A stretch of DNA of 64,000 bases from Candidatus Poribacteria bacterium (GTDB taxonomy: Bacteria; Poribacteria; WGA-4E; WGA-3G), in the NCBI GenBank assembly GCA_022825665.1, contig JAJDWI010000013.1, positions 668 to 64,667 on the forward strand. The letters are read 5' to 3'. Below the pieces are notes generated by a model. It was not told the DNA's origin. It made no database searches and saw nothing but the letters and a program-made list of their open reading frames with translations. The translations under genes were made by a program, and so were the position numbers. Positions 29,880-37,302 of this stretch are shown piece by piece. Numbering within the stretch: the first letter of the stretch is position 1; every line of letters starts with the position of its first letter.

Positions 29880-31184
29880 ATGATTAACAGAATTAAACAC
29901 ACAATTGCAGTATTACTCGTTTTTAGTTTTTGTTCTCTCACTTACGCAGCACCACCCAAAGTCTCACGTTTTACACTAAGTAACGGTATCAAGGTTGTCA
30001 ATCTATATGTTGAGGATTCCACGGATGTCGTTATATTTAGTTATTTGCCACTTGGACTGGTTAGTGATGGGAAAGCGAAAACCCAGTGGTGCCATCTAAT
30101 TGAACACTTAACAATCAGAACTACAGGACCAATTGATTACCCAACAAGTAGTGCAGAAACTATGGCTGACAACATGCGTTTGGAATTTCTGGGTTCCACT
30201 GAAAATTGGATGCATGGATTGGAACTTCATACTAAATGGCTTTCTGGATTACCGTTTTCTGAGGAAAGTTTAGCAGAAGAATTGCCTAATGCATTATCCG
30301 AAATTGACATTACTGAACAGAGATTGGCAACTCATAAGTGGGCTGCTGCTGCCTGGAACCAAGTGTTTCGACACGGTGAAACTGATATATCAATGCGCGG
30401 TGATATTCAATCAGCTGAATTGGGTGATTTAGAAAAATACCGTGATCTTCATTTAGTCCAAGAAGATAGAGTGTTTTTGTGTGTCATCGGTGGACTTGAG
30501 ACTGAAACTTTGCAGCCAGCAATGGACGAGAAACTCGGTGCAATCAACATATCAGCAAAGTTTCTTCCTCCAGCAACAGCAATAGTGCCGATAAAAAAAG
30601 ACCAAACTGCTACATGGGATGTCAACGTAACACATTACATAGAAACTTACACGATACCCAACGCTGAAAATGATGACTATCCAGCATTGTATATAGCGAA
30701 CGCACTCCTGAACGTAGGGCTAATGCAAGATACCCAACTGAAGGGACTGACAGGTATGGTTGGCAGTAGTGTTGATATCGTGACACCTAAACAGACCTAT
30801 CTACAGATTAGTGCTTCAATCAAACCGGATGCAGATATAAACAAAGTGAAAATTAGAATTCGAGAATTGGTAAACCGAATGATGAAACCTGAGAACAATT
30901 TTCAGGTAGGAGAAGCTGCCCAATCCCTATCCATGCAATTCAGCTCACCACTGGATTTAGAAATGATGAAGCAATATAAACAGCAAGGTGTCTCTGAAAC
31001 CATGATGCTTGGTAATATTGGTCTCTGGTGGGGTATGCTTGAATATCGATATGGTGAGAATTTACCGCATCTGGCGAATGCATTAAATAATATCTCTGCA
31101 GAAGATGTTGCAAATGTCGTCAACAAATATTTATCTGAAAAGGATCGGACAACATTAGTTCTAATACCACGTGATGAAAAATAG
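29880..31184 (+). CDS. Secreted M16 (pitrilysin/insulinase)-like peptidase with an intact HxxEH motif
   Basis: 434 aa with a signal peptide. FTLSNGIKVVNL...YLPLG...QWCHLIEHLTIRTTG aligns with the M16 N-terminal pattern (..L.NGL.V....G..HflEH..FkGT). HLIEH is at 30093..30107. A GGAGG RBS lies upstream. Confidence 0.65.
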   Translation: MINRIKHTIAVLLVFSFCSLTYAAPPKVSRFTLSNGIKVVNLYVEDSTDVVIFSYLPLGLVSDGKAKTQWCHLIEHLTIRTTGPIDYPTSSAETMADNMRLEFLGSTENWMHGLELHTKWLSGLPFSEESLAEELPNALSEIDITEQRLATHKWAAAAWNQVFRHGETDISMRGDIQSAELGDLEKYRDLHLVQEDRVFLCVIGGLETETLQPAMDEKLGAINISAKFLPPATAIVPIKKDQTATWDVNVTHYIETYTIPNAENDDYPALYIANALLNVGLMQDTQLKGLTGMVGSSVDIVTPKQTYLQISASIKPDADINKVKIRIRELVNRMMKPENNFQVGEAAQSLSMQFSSPLDLEMMKQYKQQGVSETMMLGNIGLWWGMLEYRYGENLPHLANALNNISAEDVANVVNKYLSEKDRTTLVLIPRDEK

Positions 31185-31196
31185 CACAATATTGTT

Positions 31197-31261
31197 ATAC
31201 CATTTCTAAATAAATATGTATCATTATTTCGTAGGTCGGAGCGAGCAAAACAACCTCCGAC
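31197..31261 (+). repeat. Variant of the ataccatttctaaata unit ending in a different GTAG hairpin
   Basis: ataccatttctaaataaatatgtatcattatttcGTAGgtcggag-cgagcaaaacaac-ctccgac. Confidence 0.55.
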
Positions 31262-31270
31262 ATATATTAT

Positions 31271-31430
31271 GTCTGAACCGGGATGGACAGGATTATAGGA
31301 TTAGCAGGATAAGAGATATATATTCCAATGTTCCTTGGCAAAAGGTAGACGTTCATCCTTTACAACGGAATATATAATCACCAACTCCCAATCCTGAAAA
31401 TCCTGAAATCCTGAAAATCCTGGTTCAGAC
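31271..31430. mobile_element. MITE-like inverted-repeat element with about 40-nt arms built from gtctgaacc + (caggatt)n
   Basis: The left arm is gtctgaaccgggatggacaggattataggattagcaggat. The reverse complement of the right arm is gtctgaaccaggattttcaggatttcaggattttcaggat. The spacer is about 80 nt. A solo arm lies at 2470..2511. Confidence 0.55.
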
Positions 31431-31564
31431 AACAAGCAATTCAAACATACAAGAATCTCTAAATTGATGTCTATGGTGCGGTTTCCTAACCAATGCAGAA
31501 TACCAAGTACGTATTCTGCCATAAGACAAAAAATCTGATTTATCAAACTCACGTTACATAGATA

Positions 31565-31678
31565 ATACCATTTCTAAATAATAACTTCTCATTAACAAAA
31601 AACGCGTTCGTAGTCGCGCAATTCATTGCGCCTCTTACATTCTAATCCAGAAGGGAAATTCATCTATAGAATTGGTAT
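31565..31678 (+). mobile_element. MITE-like unit (ataccatttcta ... tagaattggtat), third direct copy of the 70-nt unit
   Basis: 31565..31634 aligns with 29373..29442. The closing inverted repeat tagaattggtat is at 31667..31678. Confidence 0.55.
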
Positions 31679-31858
31679 AATATAAAACATTGTTAGTATT
31701 CCAGAGGCATTCAATTGTCGCTTATCCATTGGGATTCAGACTTTCTAATCCGAACGTTCAATTTCATATCGGTTTAAACGGCAATTCAAATAATATTTTA
31801 CAAATTTGACAATAAAACTGAAATAAATTCAAAAAAAACCAAAAATGTAATTTTTTAC

Positions 31859-31888
31859 TTGACATTCGTTAATTGTCTATGTTATAAT
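31859..31888 (+). promoter_or_regulatory. Near-consensus extended -10 sigma70 promoter inside element copy A
   Basis: TTGACA (31859-31864), an 18-nt spacer ending in TGt, then TATAAT (31883-31888). The same arrangement is conserved in copy B. Confidence 0.6.
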
Positions 31889-31895
31889 ACATATC

Positions 31896-32421
31896 ACATA
31901 TAATCTTTAATCATGGTTAACCCAATTATGTTAACATTTTACGATACCAACATTCTTATGAAATTAGAAAAAATATACGAAATGGTAGTCAAAAAACTCG
32001 TAAATTTCCAGATGATGCAAAAGTTACCAAAATTTAATTTTTTTCTCCTGAAAAAACCGAATCTAATAACCTGTAAATCCAGACAAAGACTATACTCAGA
32101 CCGATTACACCAAAAGTTACCGTTATGTAAAAAAAGGTTACCGTACGGTAACCTTTTAAAGGTAGAAAATCCGATGAAATTTCTAATAAAAACTATTCGG
32201 CAAAAAGCAGATTTCACACATAAACAGAACCATCACCTTCAATTTTCCATACAGGAAGGTAACACAAAAAAACAGTCAATCATACAAAACCTAAACCGTC
32301 CCAAAAATGGCAAATTAAAAAATGCAAAAACACACACAAAAACCCCAGTAAACCCAGACAGGGACTGGAAAAACATCACCGTCCCAAAACCGTCCCAAAA
32401 GACGAAAACTGGGACGGTTTG
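31896..32421 (+). ncRNA. Candidate transcript of about 0.5 kb (A-rich, structured) from element copy A. No known RNA family recognised.
   Basis: It runs from the promoter above to the hairpin ccgtccca-aaagacgaaaac-tgggacgg + TTT (32390..32421). The 169-aa track ORF is not conserved as protein versus copy B. Compensatory base changes separate the copies. Confidence 0.4.
32390..32421 (+). terminator. Terminator-like hairpin at the 3' end of the candidate RNA (copy A)
   Basis: An 8-bp stem ccgtccca/tgggacgg followed by tttg. The stem is maintained by a C:G to A:T double change in copy B. Confidence 0.4.
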
Positions 32422-32541
32422 AAGGAAACAAAATTCAGAGAACTGGAAATAAAAAACGAGGTATATACTAGTATCTTACAGTGACAATTGAATGCCTCTG
32501 GATAGTAATCCAATCGTGTTGATGCATTATGGAGGAATCTA

Positions 32542-34734
32542 ATGGAGAAAGACGATGTTCAGTTGATTCATGCTGTCTTGTCTGGAGATGATGAAGCATT
32601 TGGCACATTAGTTAAAAAATACCAAAAGAGTGTTCATGCACTTGCATGGCGGAAGATTGCGGATTTTCATTATGCTGAGGAAATTACGCAAGACACCTTC
32701 ATTCAAGCATATAAGAAACTCTCAACACTAAAGGATTGTAACCAATTTGCTGGGTGGCTTTATGTCATTACAAACAATCTGTGCACTGATTGGCTCCGAA
32801 AGAAAAAACCCGCGATACAACCGATGGGGGATTCCTCAGTGAAAGAAATAGAGAAGCAAACCTATGAGCGTTATTTATTGGAAAAGCGTGAAAAAGAAGT
32901 ATCTGAACATCGTCACGAAATCGTCCAGCTATTGCTTGAAGAATTACCAGAAAGCGAACGTACTGTGGTAACTCTCTACTATCTCGGTGAAATGACAACG
33001 AAGGAAATAGGTAAGTTCATGGGGGTATCAGTTAACACAATCACAAGTCGACTCCAACGTGCACGAGAACGATTAAAAGCGTCAGGTGAACAACTTATTA
33101 ACGAAACACTGGGTGGTTGGCAGTTGCCAAATAACATATACGAGAACATCATGAAACAGATATCAGACATAAATCCGATACCATCTCCAACCGGTAAACC
33201 GTTCTTACCATGGGTTGCTTATAGTGCAGCTGCGGTTATAGTAATATTGTTGATCAGTGTAAGCAACCAGTTTCTTGCCAGATTTCAGGAACCATATAGT
33301 TTGGAAGCACAATCTGAACCGACTATTGAGATTGTTGATTCGCTTGTAGTTCTGGAAACTGACGCAAAACCATCGATGCGAAATCAAATCGGACAGGATG
33401 TTACAACAGGAAAAACCAGCAGCACGGGTTCGGATTTAAGCGAGAAGATCTCAGCACCAAATACCTCAGAAAATACTCTCAAGCTTCCTTTTGCTTATTC
33501 TGACCCTAAAGTGTCACGTTTTACTTTAAGCAATGGTATACGAGTGGTCAATCTGCATGTTGAAAACGCCAAGGATGTCGGTATTTTCAGTTATTTGCCG
33601 CTTGGATTCGTTGGTGATGCAAAAGCAAAGACACAATGGAGCAACCTAATAATGCACCTATCAATTCGATCAACAGGTCCGATTGACTATAGAACAAGTA
33701 ACGCAGAAACAATGACTGACAACATGCGTTTTGATTTCATCGGCAATACGGATACATGGACACACGGGTTGAAATTACACGCAAAATGGCTTTCTGGTTT
33801 ACCCTTTACAGCGGAAAGTCTCGCCGAGGCACGACTAAACGCTTTGGCACAAATTGAATTTGTTGAAAAGAATTTGGCGACCCATAAGTACGCAGATGCT
33901 GCGTGGCACCAAGTGGTTCAACATGGAATAAACGATATAGCGATACGAGGGAATATTCAATCTGCGCAATTGAGTGATCTACAGGAATATCGTGATCAGA
34001 ATTTGGTCCAAAAGGATGGCGTGCTTTTATGTGTAATTGGAGGAGTTGATCCCGACACACTAAAAGAGAGCATGGAAGAAGGTTTAGGTGCAATTAGTTT
34101 AACAGAGAAGAAGTTGCCCCATAAAATAGGATCAACAGAGATAACAAGAGATCAAAATGCTACTTGGGATTTAAAAGTTACCCATTACATGGAGGCATAC
34201 CCAATGCCTTCTCCTGAAGACAAAGATTATCCCTCTCTATATATTACGAGTCTACTTTTACAGGGTTCTTTATTGCAAGATGCTAAATTGAAGGAAATGG
34301 TTGGGAACATTTTCTGTAGTGTTGACCTCGGCACACCTGAACAAGGATACTTATATGTAAGTGCATCTTTAAAACCTGATACAGATATAATGGAGGTAAA
34401 AGAGCGAATAGGGCAATTGATTAAAAAGTTAAAAGAATCCTATAATCAATTACAAATATATATGATTGCAAAGTCTATATCCAAAGAACTCAGCGCACCA
34501 CCGGATTTGAACACTCTCATGCAAAATAAGCCTGAAAATGTTTCAGAGACTTATGCACTTCTTCAGGTCGGTGTATCATGGGGAATGATGGAATACAAAT
34601 ATGGGGAGTACCTTGCACAACTCGCGAGTGCATTTGCAGACGTTACTGCAGCGGATGTTTCCAGTGTGGTCAACAGATATATAACTGTAGATCAGCGAAA
34701 GACTTTAGTTCTTTCGCCGCGAGCATCAAAATAA
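32542..34734 (+). CDS. ECF sigma-70 factor fused via one TM helix to a degenerate M16-like (pseudo-peptidase) ectodomain
   Basis: 730 aa. The N-terminus has sigma region 2 (..HYAEEITQDTFIQAY..WLYVITNNLCTDWLRKKK) and region 4 HTH (ERTVVTLYYLGEMTTKEIGKFMGVSVNTITSRLQRARERLK). The TM helix is PWVAYSAAAVIVILLISV (about aa 223-240). Residues from about 320 to 730 are paralogous to 29880..31184, but HLIEH is replaced by NLIMH (33643..33657). A GGAGG RBS lies upstream. Confidence 0.8.
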   Translation: MEKDDVQLIHAVLSGDDEAFGTLVKKYQKSVHALAWRKIADFHYAEEITQDTFIQAYKKLSTLKDCNQFAGWLYVITNNLCTDWLRKKKPAIQPMGDSSVKEIEKQTYERYLLEKREKEVSEHRHEIVQLLLEELPESERTVVTLYYLGEMTTKEIGKFMGVSVNTITSRLQRARERLKASGEQLINETLGGWQLPNNIYENIMKQISDINPIPSPTGKPFLPWVAYSAAAVIVILLISVSNQFLARFQEPYSLEAQSEPTIEIVDSLVVLETDAKPSMRNQIGQDVTTGKTSSTGSDLSEKISAPNTSENTLKLPFAYSDPKVSRFTLSNGIRVVNLHVENAKDVGIFSYLPLGFVGDAKAKTQWSNLIMHLSIRSTGPIDYRTSNAETMTDNMRFDFIGNTDTWTHGLKLHAKWLSGLPFTAESLAEARLNALAQIEFVEKNLATHKYADAAWHQVVQHGINDIAIRGNIQSAQLSDLQEYRDQNLVQKDGVLLCVIGGVDPDTLKESMEEGLGAISLTEKKLPHKIGSTEITRDQNATWDLKVTHYMEAYPMPSPEDKDYPSLYITSLLLQGSLLQDAKLKEMVGNIFCSVDLGTPEQGYLYVSASLKPDTDIMEVKERIGQLIKKLKESYNQLQIYMIAKSISKELSAPPDLNTLMQNKPENVSETYALLQVGVSWGMMEYKYGEYLAQLASAFADVTAADVSSVVNRYITVDQRKTLVLSPRASK

Positions 34735-34784
34735 AAAACACGATCAGGTAGATTAGTATTTTACATACTATTATTAGCAATAAT

Positions 34785-35843
34785 CTAAGTCAGATCAGTC
34801 AGTTGTGGCATCACCTCATTCTTGAGAAGTTCCATTGAGTGTTGCCACTGCTCCTTAGGTTCCCACTCGTGTCCCATAGCGAGCAGGACACCGAAACCAC
34901 CGACTTCCTCATAGAGTTCTCGCAATCGACTCGCAACACGTTCTGGACTACCAACGATCCACAGAGTATCCAATAAATATTCTAAACATGATTCTACATC
35001 TGGGATATCCGGTTTCATCTTGAACCTCTCCCAGCCAAAAAGTCTGAACCAATAATCCCTGAAATCACGCCCCAGTGTGCCTTCAATTGCTTCTTTGCGT
35101 GCTTGCTCATCGGTATCAGCAACATAGACTTCACGTGCAATACGCCAAGTAGACCGAGATGGAGATAGACCAGTCTTCGCTGCACCTTCTTCTACGGCAT
35201 CCCAATGAGTCTTTATCACAGAAACAGGAGCAAGATTTATACTCATTGGAATCCATCCGCGTTCACCAGCAAAGATTAGTGTATCTGATTTCGCTGACGA
35301 TCCTGCCAACGCAATCGGTGGATGCGGTTTCTGATACGGTTTCATGTGAATACTTACGATGTCTGGGTGTCCTTCAGGTATTTTAAATTCCCATGAATCA
35401 CTTTTATAATGACCCGGTTCAGGGTCAGTCCAGATTTTTAGCACTGCATCGATTCCCTCACGAGTCGCCTTCCGTCTGTCAGCAGCAGCCATAAACATCT
35501 CCGCATCACTCGGAGTGGAACTTGAACCAACACCCCAATGGAAACGTCCGTGAGCAAGATGGTCTAACTGTGCAATACGATGTGCTACAACAGCAGGATT
35601 ATGAATCGGCATACATGTAATACCAGTACCAAAGACTATGTTCTCTGTCATAGCAATCGCTTTGGCAATGAAGAGATCAGGTGAAGGTATATTTTCCCAT
35701 GTAAACGTAAAATGTTCACCAATGTATGCCTCCTTATATCCCAACTTATCTAACGTCACCATCTGTTCCATGTCATCGTCCAAAGTCTTTGTTGTGTCGC
35801 TACCGGGTGGATGCAATGGCATTGTAAAAAAACCGAGTTCCAT
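34785..35843 (-). CDS. LLM-class (luciferase-like) flavin-dependent oxidoreductase
   Basis: 352 aa. MELGFFTMP..LGYKEAYIGEHF.. is typical of the bacterial luciferase-like family. Confidence 0.85.
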   Translation of the reverse strand: MELGFFTMPLHPPGSDTTKTLDDDMEQMVTLDKLGYKEAYIGEHFTFTWENIPSPDLFIAKAIAMTENIVFGTGITCMPIHNPAVVAHRIAQLDHLAHGRFHWGVGSSSTPSDAEMFMAAADRRKATREGIDAVLKIWTDPEPGHYKSDSWEFKIPEGHPDIVSIHMKPYQKPHPPIALAGSSAKSDTLIFAGERGWIPMSINLAPVSVIKTHWDAVEEGAAKTGLSPSRSTWRIAREVYVADTDEQARKEAIEGTLGRDFRDYWFRLFGWERFKMKPDIPDVESCLEYLLDTLWIVGSPERVASRLRELYEEVGGFGVLLAMGHEWEPKEQWQHSMELLKNEVMPQLTDLT

Positions 35844-36080
35844 TTATAAACTCCTTTGTGATTTTAAAGCGAGAAAATTTGTGTCAGATGCTTGTCTATG
35901 TCGTTAAACGTTGCTGTTTATGTCCATTGCTACGCGATTTATTGTGTAAGGTATGATATGTATTGAACCTTGACAGGATCAACGAAATCTGTTATTGTTT
36001 TCTACAATAATGTTTTACGAAAGGTTACCAAAAACACAGATATTATTCAAGTGTTTTACGAAGAAAGGATACACCCCATA

Positions 36081-37262
36081 ATGAATATAAAACAATATAT
36101 CTCGACTATTGTTATCCTATTGGCAGTTCTTAGTTTATCCATATTAGGATGTGAACGAATTGATCCTGTAATACCACCTGACACAACCATTCCTACACTG
36201 AAAATAGGTATTATTCAGCCAGCATATAGTTATACGACATTCAGTCAAGGTGCTGAAACTGCTCGTGTCCAAATTAATGATAATGGAGGAGTACTCAGAA
36301 TGCCGGTAGAGTTTATCAGTAGAAATAATCAACTTATGGCAGATGCCCCTTCAACGCCGGAGACAAGCATTGATGCGGCGAATGAGTTGATTGAAATGGA
36401 AAATGTCTTTGCCCTACTCGGTCCTGTTCGTTCTACTATGGCTCTTGAGGTAGGTCCAATTGCACAACAGGCACAACGACTGATGCTTCCCGGTTCCAGT
36501 GGTTCAAATGTAACAGAGTCGGGGGATTACATCTTTCTAATCACAGTACCGAATCCATTCCAAGGGAAAGTTATGGCAGCATTTGCGATGAATTCTGACG
36601 AACTCAGTGCTACCACAGCTGCTACCATCTATGAAGAGGGTGATGCATACTCGACTGATCTCGTCCATGCCTTTGAAGCAGCCTTTACGGAACTCAATGG
36701 AGAAATCTTACACAGTGGGTCTTATGCACCAGGGGAGGCTGACTTCACCACACTGATAACAGAGATTCAAAGCACTTCTCCAGATGTCATCTTCTGTCCA
36801 GGTCATCAACCGGAAGTGCCGATGTTGATTGGAAAAGCACGACAAGCAGGAATCAAAACCACATTCCTTGGTGGTAGTGCGTGGGATGATAGGGAACGAT
36901 TCCTCGGTGTCTTAGAGGATAGCACAGTATTGGATGGTAGTTATTATCCAACTAATTTTTCTGTTGCAACACAGGACGCAGATGTACAAGAGTTTGTTCA
37001 AGGTTATATGAAGTTGTATGGTGGTCCGCCCGATGGTATTGCAGCATCAGGTTATGATGCGATACGGCTCTTAGCGCGTGCGATAGAAACTGCTGGTGCG
37101 CTTGATCCTGTTGCTGTTCGTAATGCATTTGCAGAAGTCAAAGATTATAAAGGTGCTACATCAATTTCGCATTATGACGCAAATCGACATCCTGTCAAAA
37201 GTCTTACTATTCAGACAATCCGAAATGGAAAGGTTGAACATTACAAAGTTGTTGAACCGTAG
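36081..37262 (+). CDS. ABC transporter substrate-binding lipoprotein (LivJ/Peripla_BP_6-like)
   Basis: The start is trimmed to the ATG at 36081, which follows GAAAGGA. The lipobox is LSILGC. It has a type I periplasmic binding fold pattern (IGIIQP..., LLGPVRS, PDVIFCPGH). Confidence 0.8.
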   Translation: MNIKQYISTIVILLAVLSLSILGCERIDPVIPPDTTIPTLKIGIIQPAYSYTTFSQGAETARVQINDNGGVLRMPVEFISRNNQLMADAPSTPETSIDAANELIEMENVFALLGPVRSTMALEVGPIAQQAQRLMLPGSSGSNVTESGDYIFLITVPNPFQGKVMAAFAMNSDELSATTAATIYEEGDAYSTDLVHAFEAAFTELNGEILHSGSYAPGEADFTTLITEIQSTSPDVIFCPGHQPEVPMLIGKARQAGIKTTFLGGSAWDDRERFLGVLEDSTVLDGSYYPTNFSVATQDADVQEFVQGYMKLYGGPPDGIAASGYDAIRLLARAIETAGALDPVAVRNAFAEVKDYKGATSISHYDANRHPVKSLTIQTIRNGKVEHYKVVEP

Positions 37263-37302
37263 CACAGATTCTATAGGATGTATTTGTAGGAAGGAGTATC
37301 AA

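Larger units (their letters stand above)
31700..32502 (+). repeat. Large conserved noncoding element, copy A, flanked by a 20-bp perfect inverted repeat
   Basis: tccagaggcattcaattgtc at 31700..31719 and its exact reverse complement at 32483..32502. The interior from about 31830 onward aligns with the reverse complement of 50724..51400. Confidence 0.85.

Noticed and set aside
31913-32422. A 169-aa ORF in element copy A and the matching 152-aa ORF (50906..51364, minus strand) in copy B, which might be taken for a duplicated small basic protein.
   Set aside because: Neither has an RBS. The composition is extremely K/N/Q/T-rich, as expected from translating A-rich DNA. Most nucleotide differences between the copies are non-synonymous. 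The stop codon position differs. The conserved features are a promoter, a palindrome and hairpins. I treat the region as noncoding.
32440-32541. A possible autoregulatory ECF-type promoter (GGAAAC...CGAGGT-like) just upstream of the sigma-fusion gene.
   Set aside because: The match to GGAAC-N16/17-CGT is loose, and I could not find a second instance upstream of the paralogous M16 gene. It is too weak to report as a feature.
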